Program-made: the position numbers and the translations under genes
The notes under the pieces: model-generated
Database searches by the model: none
Seen by the model: only the letters and a program-made list of their open reading frames with translations
What the model was told of the DNA's origin: nothing
DNA from: Blastocladiella emersonii ATCC 22665
Lineage: Eukaryota > Fungi > Blastocladiomycota
NCBI GenBank assembly: GCA_025594325.1
Contig: JANHCV010000008.1
Coordinates: forward strand, 558,001-622,000
Length of the DNA: 64,000 bases
Reading direction: 5' to 3'
In this document: positions 54,275-64,000 of the stretch, piece after piece
How the letters are laid out: each line of letters opens with the position of its first letter
Numbering within the stretch: position 1 is the first letter of the stretch

Positions 54275-54587
54275 CTCACTCGCACATGTCCCCCTCCCCT
54301 CGCGTTGCTTCCTGGCCTTGTTCTCGCCCATTTGTGTCCAATACATCTGGCTTTGTGTCCATCGTATCTTCAATCGTTACCCTTCGCTCGAAAATGACGC
54401 GACTCGTTGAGAAACGCGTGGTTCGCAAAGTGTCTCACACGTCACGTGATTGATCGACGCGTCTCCACCGATGCGTTCTGACCTCAGCGACGCGTCAAAT
54501 CATCTAGAATCGCTTATATAACATTATAGTACTTGACAAATCAGTATATTACAGCATGCATGCGGGTACAACAATTATTTCGCGCCT

Positions 54588-55904
54588 TCAAAGACGGGTC
54601 CCACGAGCGGCCATGACGCGCCTGTACTCGGTCCAAAGAACATTTGCGACGCGGTTCCGAAGCGAGATACCGCGCTGACGAGCTCCGTCCAGCGAGGCCT
54701 CGAGGACAGCGGCCTCGTCGTCCTCCTCGTTCTCGTCGTTCAGGGGCTCGCGCCCACGCACACGCGCCTCACGCGCCGCGTCCCGCGCGCGCCGGAGCTC
54801 CGTCTCGGCGTCGCGAAAGAAGGCGTCGCCGCCTTGGTTCCACTTGTTGATCATGTTGTGCAGCGTGCAGAGCGCGTACACAAGCTTGACTTGAGTCTTG
54901 ATTGGGTAGGCCGCGCCAATCGAGAGGACGCGGAACCGCTTCTTGAGCACGCCAAAGATACGCTCAACAGAGTTGCGGAGCGACGCGTGACGCAGATTGA
55001 AAAGCTCCTCGCGGTTCTTAACTCTACGTACGTTGATGAAGCGGATGAGATGGCGCCAACGTGATGGTCATGGCAGTGAGAACGTACCCATCCTTGCCGC
55101 GGGCAAACTCGCGAAGATGATAGCGGGTACCGCGGAAGGGCACGATGATGGACGTGCGGTTTGCGTAGCCGCCGTCGGCGAGGTAGAAGCGGCCGGCGGG
55201 GATCTTGAACCCACGGGCGAAGGCGTCCGAGAGCACGCGCGAGTCGTGCGCCTTGCCCTCCCACCCTGCAAGAACGTAGGTGAAGTTCAAGTCAAAGTCG
55301 CAGGCAGCGAGGACATTTGAGGATATGGTCCCCTTGCGGTTTCGGAACGAGTCGTGAAGCTTAGTGGGCACAACAAACGGGATGTGCGTTCCGTCAAGCG
55401 CGCCGACCGCGTTCTGGAACGGAGCGTATTTCGGGTCGTGGGCGATGCGCTCATGCACGGGCGTAGAATCGGACGGCTGGACAATGAACTCGGGCATCAG
55501 GCGGTACAGAGCGTCGAGCACTTGCTTCAGAACCCTGGACGCGGTCTCGCCAGAGATTTGGAACCGCTCCCTGAGGTTGCGGTTGGTGCTGCCCTCGCCA
55601 GCCATGACAAGAAAAACCATGAAGCGCGCCTCGACGGACAGCTCGCGGCCGTCGGCGAGAAGGCCACGGTCGCGGAACAGGCGGCAGATGGCCTTGAAGG
55701 TCTTGCGGGGCATACGGGCGATTTCCGAAAAACGCGTTTCGCTGTTGCACGTCAGCAGCTCTTGAACCCACGACTCGCCGGAAGCGTGGACGTGCGGATA
55801 GGCTCCCACGAGCGGCGCTCGTTGCGAGCAGCGAGACGTCGCAGGAGAGCGAGGGCGGCTGTGAGCATTAGGCCGCGCAGCTTGCGGTTGTATCCCTTGC
55901 CCAT
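54588..55904 (-). pseudogene. PIF/Harbinger DDE transposase, one intron, 1-nt frameshift near 55780
   Basis: GALDGTHIP, VLAGWEGKAHDSRV, YLADGGY and, after the intron, LFNLRHASLRNSVERIFGVLKKRF. The N-terminal RTSTL/SGESWVQELL junction needs one extra base. Confidence 0.85.
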
Positions 55905-56128
55905 GTTGTTTGAGGGCTCGAGAACACGATGCGTGAGGTTAGGTGTTGATTCGTTGCAATAAGCGCGGCTGCAAAGAGGTGGGAAAGATTTTATTGCGGG
56001 GGGGGGGGGGGCGTTCATCCAGCGGGGCGTTTGGTTCGCACGGCCGCTGAGATGAACGGGGGTGAGGTGAAACGTGGCAACTTTTTCAGCTGATCCACCT
56101 GATCTGAACCAAACGGGCCCTTAATGAC

Positions 56129-57070
56129 ATGTCCGGGGTCAATGCGCGTTACCTTCTCAACGGACTGCCACCGCAGCTCACCTCACTTGTACTCGAAGCC
56201 TGCAAGCTTGGCGACAGAAACTTGCTCACGCTGGTTTGTGCACTTCCAGCCACCGTCGTGGACTTGAGCCTGTACAGCAACAACTTGACGGGATTGGGAT
56301 CTACGGTTGCAAGTCCACACCTTCCACCGCGGCTCCGAGTCATCGATTTATCGTGCAATCAGCTCGGCCTATCGCAAGCCGATGCCGAGCTTGACTGGCG
56401 CTTTCCTGCGGGCCTGCGGAAGCTCTGTATCAACCATTCAGACCTTGGCGAACATGGCACACGCGCGCTGGTGCGTGCACTTCCTCAAAGTCTCGAAGTC
56501 CTAAGGGCGTCTAATGCAAGATTCACGAACAATGGCGTGGCCAGGTTGGCTCAGAAATCCTGCCCGAACCTTAAGACGCTTGTTCTGACTTTTAACCAAA
56601 TCGACGATGAACACCTCCTCGCCCTCTTCCAGCAGCTGCCTGAGGGGCTCGAATCGCTGACGCTTGGCGAGTATGATTGGTCACCAGAAACGATCGTGCT
56701 TGTCGCACCCTATTTTCCGCGCTCGCTCCGTGCTCTCAACCTCAGCGACGGATGCGAGTTGGACTTCCGCAGCGTCCTGGCTCTTGCCGAGAATATGCCG
56801 CCCCGCCTCGAGCAGCTCTCACTCGGCTGGTGCGAGCTCGATGACGCTGCTTTTCGAGCCCTCTTGGCGGTTTTCCCGTCGACCTTGACCCATCTCGACC
56901 TGTGTTACAACGAACGAATCACGGACGCGTCCATCACCAGTCTCGCTGAGCGGTTCCCGCCCAGTTTATCTCATGTTGATTTCGAGGGGACAAGCGTGAC
57001 GGAGGAGGCTATAGCAGCATTGAAAGCAGTTGCGCCGGAGGGCACAACTCTAATCTTCCATTCGTTATGA
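56129..57070 (+). CDS. Leucine-rich repeat protein (RNI-like repeats)
   Basis: Repeated LPxxLxxLxLxxNxL/I units; the PIF element ends 8 bp upstream of the ATG. Confidence 0.8.
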   Translation: MSGVNARYLLNGLPPQLTSLVLEACKLGDRNLLTLVCALPATVVDLSLYSNNLTGLGSTVASPHLPPRLRVIDLSCNQLGLSQADAELDWRFPAGLRKLCINHSDLGEHGTRALVRALPQSLEVLRASNARFTNNGVARLAQKSCPNLKTLVLTFNQIDDEHLLALFQQLPEGLESLTLGEYDWSPETIVLVAPYFPRSLRALNLSDGCELDFRSVLALAENMPPRLEQLSLGWCELDDAAFRALLAVFPSTLTHLDLCYNERITDASITSLAERFPPSLSHVDFEGTSVTEEAIAALKAVAPEGTTLIFHSL

Positions 57071-57125
57071 CGCGTCGCTCACTGATAGCATAACAATATA
57101 AAACTTGCGCCCTCGATCATTTCGC

Positions 57126-58001
57126 TCACAAGAGGCACTGAAACTCTTTTCTCAACCGCTTCATCGCGTACTCGAATGCCAGGTTATTGGAGCTGTTTGG
57201 CGCCCGAGACATCCAGCACACCAACACCAGCGACTTGTACGCGCACAACGACCGAAAATGGGCGGGCATAAGTGTCTGCGGCTCACAGAGCATGGCGTGG
57301 CCGAGGCAAGGCTCGGAGTCTCGGTACAGAGGCTTGAAATCGCGTATAAGCTGGCGGAGGAAGCTGGTCAGCTCGATATCCAGCTTCGAGACGTCGTCCT
57401 TGGAGTGAACATGTGGCGGCAGCGGAACCTTCGGTCGCGCCGACTCCGGTACCGCTTGTAGCGCGATGTAAATGGTCATGGCCGCATTGGCCGGACTGGC
57501 CACGCGATCGCAGTGTCTGAGGGAGTGCGGAACTGGCTTGGTGCGCGGCTTGTCGCGGGACAGGCGCAGAAGGACCCGACAGTACCCGTAGTTCGAGCTC
57601 ATGGTCGCGACTGAACTGGAGCGGCGGTGAGAGTGGCTGGTGTTCGTGTCATTGGGATTCTCCGAAGCGCGATCAAATCGATGAGAGCGAGATTCCGTGG
57701 CGAAGCCGTCAAGCTCAAGGCCGCCTTCGACCACTGGCTGCAGAACGAGACGCTCGGGTGCAACTCCCAGTGATGAGACCGACACCCGCAACGCGGTAGG
57801 TCCATCGAGTAGATATCGCAGCTCGGCATGTACTGCCCTGAGCCGATTCATCAACGCGGTGAGAGTCGCGTCGCGCTCATCCGAGTAAGCGTAGTCACCA
57901 GCTGTGGCGGAACTCAAAGCGGAGCCGCTGGCATTCGCGGAACAGTTTCCAGTAACCCCCTCGAAGAAATTGCAGGAAGTCGCGAAGAGCTTAGTGTCCA
58001 T
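57126..58001 (-). CDS. Short member of the expanded-knuckle family (first Cys replaced, no CA-like segment)
   Basis: YGYC-x17-H-x4-C-DRV; its N- and C-terminal helices are paralogous to 58400-59659. Confidence 0.6.
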   Translation of the reverse strand: MDTKLFATSCNFFEGVTGNCSANASGSALSSATAGDYAYSDERDATLTALMNRLRAVHAELRYLLDGPTALRVSVSSLGVAPERLVLQPVVEGGLELDGFATESRSHRFDRASENPNDTNTSHSHRRSSSVATMSSNYGYCRVLLRLSRDKPRTKPVPHSLRHCDRVASPANAAMTIYIALQAVPESARPKVPLPPHVHSKDDVSKLDIELTSFLRQLIRDFKPLYRDSEPCLGHAMLCEPQTLMPAHFRSLCAYKSLVLVCWMSRAPNSSNNLAFEYAMKRLRKEFQCLL

Positions 58002-58399
58002 TAGTTGTCATGTAGCGTCCTGAAGGAGGGAGCGCGCGCACGCGCTCATCGCGCGGCTGACTCAAAGCGTTCAACGGCGTCACGTGCACATGAACAGCGC
58101 GACGTGAACCATTCAGCTCGCGCAGGTTGGGGCAGTCACAAGAAATAGACCGAGTGGAAACACTCAAGAGTGAGAAAGCCACATGACGAGCGACCTCATG
58201 TAGCCAACGCGTTTTTCCGTCTAGGGCAAACATGTATCAAATTAAAATTCTACGCGAACACCTCCAGCTATGAAAGTACCCTCGTCCCGCACTTCGGAAT
58301 ACACGCGCGTGTGAGTGCCTGAGGACAACCGGCTCAAGGTCACGTTCACGTAGTAGCAGCTGCTCCAAACACTTGGCGACATCACACGGACAGCCCGAT

Positions 58400-59659
58400 T
58401 CAACATAATTCTGCTCTGCGGACGGCAAGCTGCGACTCAAGCTGTCGTAGCTGCCCCAACGCGTAGTCGCGCGCCTGCTCCTTGGAATAATGGGCTGATG
58501 TCTGTTCCATGTGATAAACCAAAGTCAGAACCTTGAAGATGCGATAGGCGCGCGTATCGACAGGTTCCATGAGCTGTAACTCGTTCAGCATCGCCCGAGC
58601 AAGTCGTGTCTCGCGGTTTTTACAAAACGGCTTGAGCCCGTGGGCAAGCTGCGAGAGGCGGCCGACAAGTTGGTCTTCAAGTTGATTAATTTCGGCGAAA
58701 GAATCAACCTGCGGCAATGGCGGGATCGTTGAGCGCAAAGATAGACGTAGTCTTCGTAGCGCAAGCTGGATGGCGACAGCTGCGTTCAATGCGTTGGCAA
58801 CGCGTTTACAGGAGCCATAGCGGTGTGAAAGCCGATTGATGCGTTGTCCGGGCAATGACTCTCGCACGAGGGCAATGCAGTAACTGCACTCTGGAAAATC
58901 GGCCGTTGTTGAGCGAGCCTGGTGGTAAGGTCGAGTGCTGTCCTCGACTTTGGGACTGGCCACCGGTTTTACACGGCGCAGTTCGTTGCGGAGCATTGCT
59001 TCCAGCGAGCAGGTGGGATCCAAAATTTCGAGTTCCAGCTCGCTGCGACTAGTACTTCCAACGATCTGTTCTGCAAAAAGGGCCTTGATGTGGGAGAGAT
59101 ATGTGATTTGAGGCGACCAGCCGCATGCGTTACCAACCAAAGCGAGGGCGTCAGACACAGCGACGTCTGCATCCGCTTGGCTCTCAATGAGGAATCGAAG
59201 CCAAGTTGAGAGCCACCTGGGACGAGGCGACGCGAATGCGGCGCGAACCGCCTTGCGAGCGGCCGAGTCGGTAATTCCTGGGCACAAAGTAATCGCAAAG
59301 ACACGGTAGATGTCGCGCGGTACGCGGTCCCGAGTAGAGAGTAATGCCGCGACAAGCCCGTCATTCGGGATTTCGGCAGCAGCTAGGGCATCAAGCATGC
59401 CCTCGACTTCCAAACTGGCGTCTTCCGAAAAGGGATCTTGCGAAGTAATACTGAAGTCTGCAGCAGCGCTTCCCTGTTTGAGAAGGCGCTCGAGGGGCGT
59501 TTGGCTTGCCGCACCTGCGTCCGGGACGACGGTCTGCTCCTGCGCGCTTTCGTAAGCTTGAAGGCGTTGACGCAAAGCTTCGTGGATCGCTTCTAGCCGA
59601 TTGCTCATGGCGCTCATAATTGCAGCGGAATCGGTTGTGACGCCCCCGTCGGCTGCCAT
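58400..59659 (-). CDS. Gag-like/expanded-knuckle family protein
   Basis: CSYC-x17-H-x4-C-KRV; probable ATG at 59659. Confidence 0.65.
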   Translation of the reverse strand: MAADGGVTTDSAAIMSAMSNRLEAIHEALRQRLQAYESAQEQTVVPDAGAASQTPLERLLKQGSAAADFSITSQDPFSEDASLEVEGMLDALAAAEIPNDGLVAALLSTRDRVPRDIYRVFAITLCPGITDSAARKAVRAAFASPRPRWLSTWLRFLIESQADADVAVSDALALVGNACGWSPQITYLSHIKALFAEQIVGSTSRSELELEILDPTCSLEAMLRNELRRVKPVASPKVEDSTRPYHQARSTTADFPECSYCIALVRESLPGQRINRLSHRYGSCKRVANALNAAVAIQLALRRLRLSLRSTIPPLPQVDSFAEINQLEDQLVGRLSQLAHGLKPFCKNRETRLARAMLNELQLMEPVDTRAYRIFKVLTLVYHMEQTSAHYSKEQARDYALGQLRQLESQLAVRRAELC

Positions 59660-60674
59660 AGCCGAGCTGTCAACGACACCAGTCGAATGGTCTGGACAGC
59701 ACCCGGCGACCGTTGTTGAACAATTGTAGCAAGTTAGACCGCAGGACTTGTTCATTCGATGGCATAGGTTCAGGTTTGGCGGAGCGCAAGCACGAGCATG
59801 CGACGCTGTTCCGAACTCGGATGCGCCACCTTGAGTGCGCCACACCGAATCACAGGCACCACGTGCGCATGAGCCACGCGCTTCGCTGACTTTCCCGCTT
59901 TGCGTTCAATCGACAGCAACTTGATGGGGTCCACGATGCGATGCAACTTTCTTTCCAATGGCGATGCGCAAACTCACGACCAACCGTGAAGTGGAAGGCT
60001 TCAGCGCGAAAGGGCAACCGCGAGCCCACGTGGTTTGATCAAGTCAAATTGCTCAAACACAGCGGCTGAGGATATGAGCGGGCTGGGCGAACGGCGGCGC
60101 GAGGAGGCCTCGGGTGACGGAAGCAGCTACGCGTGCTCGAGCGGTCTCAGCATCGCCTTCCTGCACAACGTTGGTGGTGCACCGCCGCCAGCACGCGATG
60201 ATCCGCTTCCACGGCGTGGAACAGCACAAACGTGTCGGGCATCATGGGCGCCGCCTGGAGCGAGGCGCCGGGCGTGATCCGCGGCTGTAGCACAGTACGC
60301 ATCAGCTGCAGCCGCGTATTCACGACGTTGATCACGGAGGCCGGCTGCTGCTTTCAATGGATAGGATCGCAGTGGATGGCGTCGGCGAGTAGCTCAGCGT
60401 CCCGAATCCCGAGAAGGCGTGAATGCGCTTGCGTTCTGTGACCTGCAGCGAGCGACATCATCCAGCACGCGCAGACGAACACCTCGCTACAGCTGCAAAG
60501 CCGTACTGTTCGATCAGACCAGCATCAAGAATGTGGCGTGATAAATCGTAAGGATGAACTTCGTGATTACATGATTCCGACCACTGTACACACCACACAA
60601 CACAAAACGACATGGAAGCGCGTGCCTTGGAGTGTATTGCTGCACAAGACGCAGTTTGCGGCTTGCTGTGACAA

Positions 60675-62153
60675 TTAGGACCGGGACAACATGTTTGACT
60701 TGACGGACAGGATATGTGCGGCCTGCCAAATGTTCTTCACCGCGTCGACTGCCCAAATCGGAGGCTCGAACGAGATATTCTTGGTGAGGAGCGCAAAGAG
60801 CGCTCCAATTAGCTCGGCGCAGCGCATGACCTTGACTTGGCCGTCACCTGGGGGCATTGAGCGTGCGCGACCGCTGACCTGGAGGTGCAAGTCCATCAAG
60901 GCCTGGATCAAGTCGGGCGTCGGGCAAGCTCCCCTCCAAACATTGCGTGGAGCCGTGACGTTTGCCAGGAACAAACCCTCGGCGAGCATGATGCCAAAGT
61001 GATTCGCGCGGTGCATGTTGTTGCACACCCGAGCGGTGTGAGAGATGGCCTCGGGGCGATGAAGCTCGAGTGCTGCGCAGAACACGCAGCTGCCTTTTGG
61101 GCTGATGAACGAAGCATGGGGAGCGGTCGGGGACTGAACTGGCGTCGCCAAGTGCGGAATCGCGAGGGAAGCGAAACGGGTGGCCGCAGCAGCCATCGTC
61201 GCGGACGGATCATTGGCCATGGCGAAGATCGGATCCGCGCAACTCCCGAGCGCGGTGTACAGCTTGTCAAAGAAAACGTTCTTGATCGCCCGCTCCGAGC
61301 CGATCATGGGGTCGTCAATATCAATCGCCTCGGCAAGCAGCGCGTGGAACTCGGCAAAATACTCCCCGACGGTACTGCCCGGCCACGGCTTGAGCCGGTG
61401 AAGCCGTCTGACCCAGTCGCTGTGCCAGTACGGGTCGGCGGCCCTGAGGAACACGCGGTGCGCCTCCCTGTCGTTCGCCGATTCGCGTAGAAAAACGGCT
61501 AGGACGTGGTAGACGGGTTTGGGAACATTGAAGCGGCAGAGGTAGAGCGCTTGGCCAAGCGGGATGTCGGGCACAAGATCGCACAAGCGTTCAATAAATT
61601 CGTGCGAGTCGGGAACGAACCGAGCTTTGCCTTGGCCGCGGGAGCCAAGCAGCGGCCCTTCTTCGCGAATCAGCTTCTGGTAGCGTGTGTCATACGATCG
61701 CCGGTGCGACGATTCGGGTGCCGCGAGGGTGACGCCAGGTTCGGGGCCGGGGGCTGCCGCTAGTGCTTGCTCGAGGAACGGAAGCGGAAGTGACAGCTTG
61801 GAGAGCGAGGTCAGAGAACCGAGAAGAGAGCGTGTGCGGCAGTGATGCTCAATCGAGGTGCACAGCTTGATGAGGTCTGCGATCGCGATCCCAAGCACCG
61901 TCGCACGCGAGCGAACGGATTTAGCGGACTCGTCCGAATTGCATTGTGACCGAAACTCTAGCGAAAGGCCAACGTGCGTCGCGCGCAGATCCATGCCCTT
62001 GCGGATCACGGCCTGCACGACGAGCAGGAGCTCAGCGGTGTCGGCCGGCAGCTGCTGCGTGGACAAATATTGTGCAAGGTTTTCGCCGAGACTCCCGGTT
62101 GGCAATGGCATAGCTCGCGCGAGTTCGTTGCATGGAGTGCGCGAGGTATTCAT
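60675..62153 (-). CDS. Gag-like protein with clear CA-like segment and expanded knuckle
   Basis: RLHRLKPWPGSTVGEYFAEFHALL...KNVFFDKL...PSATMAAAA, then CVFC-x12-H-x4-C. Confidence 0.75.
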   Translation of the reverse strand: MNTSRTPCNELARAMPLPTGSLGENLAQYLSTQQLPADTAELLLVVQAVIRKGMDLRATHVGLSLEFRSQCNSDESAKSVRSRATVLGIAIADLIKLCTSIEHHCRTRSLLGSLTSLSKLSLPLPFLEQALAAAPGPEPGVTLAAPESSHRRSYDTRYQKLIREEGPLLGSRGQGKARFVPDSHEFIERLCDLVPDIPLGQALYLCRFNVPKPVYHVLAVFLRESANDREAHRVFLRAADPYWHSDWVRRLHRLKPWPGSTVGEYFAEFHALLAEAIDIDDPMIGSERAIKNVFFDKLYTALGSCADPIFAMANDPSATMAAAATRFASLAIPHLATPVQSPTAPHASFISPKGSCVFCAALELHRPEAISHTARVCNNMHRANHFGIMLAEGLFLANVTAPRNVWRGACPTPDLIQALMDLHLQVSGRARSMPPGDGQVKVMRCAELIGALFALLTKNISFEPPIWAVDAVKNIWQAAHILSVKSNMLSRS

Positions 62154-62609
62154 GGCAAGGGTGGTGAGCGTGGTCGCATGTGGTGCGGAGAGCGAAGTTC
62201 GGCGGCAGACGCGTCACGAGAAAATGAGCGCCGCGTCGAACCCATCAAGGCATTGGAGGGTTTGCGGGGTTTAGCAAGCAAATCCTGAGCAAGCGAATCC
62301 AGAGCAAAACGCGTGCAAATCCGGTCACGCGGGGACCGCGTGGGCCTCAGCCACCCCGGTGCGCCTTCGTGTCGAGCGCGCCGGAACACGTCGACTCTCC
62401 CCATCGTGCCTCGACCGAACGTACATCATGGATCATAATTATACTTGAGGCACCTAAACGCTTCGCGTTTGGTTGTCAATCGAGGGCTAAAGCCCCCGCC
62501 ACGTATGGTGCACGACTGATGGAGGTGCTGTCGCGTGCGTCCCGCACAGGAGATTTAGGTGATCGAGCTATGGAAATCGTGCTATCGATGGATTAGATGA
62601 TGGAATACA

Positions 62610-64000
62610 CTACGTTAATACTCTACTGTGTTTTCTGTTTCTTGGCGTTCTGTGAGCCTCCTCGCCTCCAGCACGTTTCTTGGCCAATCGCCGAAACCTT
62701 GCGTTGAGAGCATCAGACGCGCGCTCGGCGACTAGCTTTTCAGCCGCGTGCTGGCGCGAGAAGAGAATCGCGTCGTCGAAGAGTTTAGCGATGCGCGGGT
62801 TGCCTGGTGCGATGGCTGTACCTTGATCGAAAGCGGTCTTGGTCAGCTCGTCGAGCATCTGGAGCCGCTTGTCCTCGGCCACTGCGAGTGGATCCGGCTT
62901 CATGGACTTGAGCACGGCTCTTGGGATCGGCTGAAGCACACACAGGTACTTTGAGCGACGAAGCCGCGATAACGCCACGTACAGGGAAGCGCCGCTGATG
63001 AGACGCTCCATGCCCGCGGGACGCAGATCTACCAGGGCGATGGCGTTCTTGGTCCCGCCTTGAACCCCGTGGACCGTCATGGCGAAGGCTGGCACCATCG
63101 GGTGCTTCTCGATGTGCGCGACGACATGATTAGGATACTTGCTCCTGTTGGTCTTGGTGTTGTTGTTGACACAGAGCGGGAGCGAATCCCCCGTTGTGCT
63201 GACGACCCGCTCTCGCGATGTGGAACCGCCCGCCATGTACAGGAAGTCCTTCCTCTCCACGGCAAGCGGGATGACCGTGTCAGGCCACGCGGCCGGCATG
63301 CCTGGGAAGCGAGGGCCACGAGGAGCGTCGGGCAGGTCGATCCACACGTTGAGTGGAGCGCAGGATGGCCGGTACATGTTGGACGCGGTTCGCGTGAACG
63401 TGGTTTCGGGCTTCCAGTCGATGTGGTGCACGACGCCAACCGCACCGTTCGCGCACCCCTTTGCTACGCACTGGTTGGTCTTGACGCGCATCTCCATTCC
63501 GACAAAGAGCTCGAGGATGGCCGGCAGTTCAGTCGTGGTTTCTGGCTCTCCTCCGAGGCGGAACACGTCCTTGTCGCAGATGGCGACGCGTTCACGCGTG
63601 CGGCGCCTATCACGCGGGCGCGTGATGCTGCCCTTGATCTGGTACACGATGCGGTTCGGGTTTGCTGCTGCGAGCCGCGTGTCGAGCAGGTTGAAGGCGT
63701 GGCGCGTGTGGTTGTCGGGCGCGATAACCGTGAGTCCGGGCTTCTTGAGGATCTCCTTGAGGACGTTGATGCCGTTTTCGTCGACCTGCTGCTGAAGCTG
63801 AGTGGTCGTACGCAAGTTGATCAGGTCGCACAGCGTGTCCGACGCCTTGACGAGGCGGAGCGCGTCCACTTCGTTGCCCCATGGTCGATCGTCAACAAAT
63901 CGGTTGCTCTTCACGAGACGAACAGCGCGTGTAGTGCGCCAGTACGCGACCTGGCCTCGATCCACGTGCTCGGGGACCGTCAATTGATTTGACGTCATGC
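62610..64000 (-). CDS. Pif1-like (SF1B) helicase, C-terminal part; 5' end outside window
   Basis: LELFVGMEMRVKTNQCVAKGCANGAVGVV, PAFAMTVHGVQGGT and LYVALSR motifs. Confidence 0.8.
   Translation of the reverse strand, partial: MTSNQLTVPEHVDRGQVAYWRTTRAVRLVKSNRFVDDRPWGNEVDALRLVKASDTLCDLINLRTTTQLQQQVDENGINVLKEILKKPGLTVIAPDNHTRHAFNLLDTRLAAANPNRIVYQIKGSITRPRDRRRTRERVAICDKDVFRLGGEPETTTELPAILELFVGMEMRVKTNQCVAKGCANGAVGVVHHIDWKPETTFTRTASNMYRPSCAPLNVWIDLPDAPRGPRFPGMPAAWPDTVIPLAVERKDFLYMAGGSTSRERVVSTTGDSLPLCVNNNTKTNRSKYPNHVVAHIEKHPMVPAFAMTVHGVQGGTKNAIALVDLRPAGMERLISGASLYVALSRLRRSKYLCVLQPIPRAVLKSMKPDPLAVAEDKRLQMLDELTKTAFDQGTAIAPGNPRIAKLFDDAILFSRQHAAEKLVAERASDALNARFRRLAKKRAGGEEAHRTPRNRKHSRVLT

Larger units (their letters stand above)
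53676..56120. mobile_element. PIF/Harbinger DNA transposon (2445 bp)
   Basis: 15-bp TIR GGGCCCGTTTGGTTC, TSD TTA (53673-53675 and 56121-56123), and a transposase gene inside. Confidence 0.95.

Noticed and set aside
12110-55790. Single-base frameshifts (BTB about 12120, LRR about 36676, transposase about 55780) as programmed frameshifting
   Set aside because: No slippery heptamers or downstream structures were seen. All are 1-nt losses in short runs, compatible with decay or long-read consensus error, and need read-level checking.
59950-60500. Possible short gene or TE fragment between the Gag-like genes
   Set aside because: Only short ORFs with no recognisable motif and no TIR or TSD.
62300-62610. 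Helitron 3' end downstream of the Pif1 gene
   Set aside because: Only a tiny hairpin (GTGCG-GGA-CGCAC) is present, with no correctly placed CTRR terminus.

Overview
GC-rich eukaryotic genomic DNA with short GT-AG introns, a Rho GTPase and fungal-type transposons. An early-diverging zoosporic fungus is my inference for the host, not a verified assignment. The centrepiece is a complete 16,735-bp endogenous Polinton-like/virophage-like dsDNA virus (14724-31458). It has TG...CA ends, a 5-bp target-site duplication (CTTAC), 1145/950-bp terminal inverted repeats and 26-bp palindromic tips. It encodes an AEP-primase/UL9-like helicase fusion, a tyrosine recombinase, an rve integrase, a fibre, an A32 packaging ATPase, major and minor jelly-roll capsid proteins and several small ORFs; I see no pPolB or protease. 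Nine of its genes share a fixed-spacing upstream motif, (T/C)T(G/C)TT(G/A)-N8-TAA(A/C), resembling a poxvirus/NCLDV-type initiator, which suggests transcription by a helper giant virus. The virus splits one of three paralogous 7TM genes, and removing it restores the reading frame. The flanks hold two clusters of pol-less, LTR-less Gag-like genes with an expanded CCHC knuckle and a tandem LRR family. They also hold a CpG-mutated chromovirus (Ty3/Gypsy) plus a solo LTR, two PIF/Harbinger elements, a BTB gene, a Rho4-like gene, a putative eIF4E-binding protein and a Pif1-like helicase. All family assignments come from motif recognition by eye; no database search was run.
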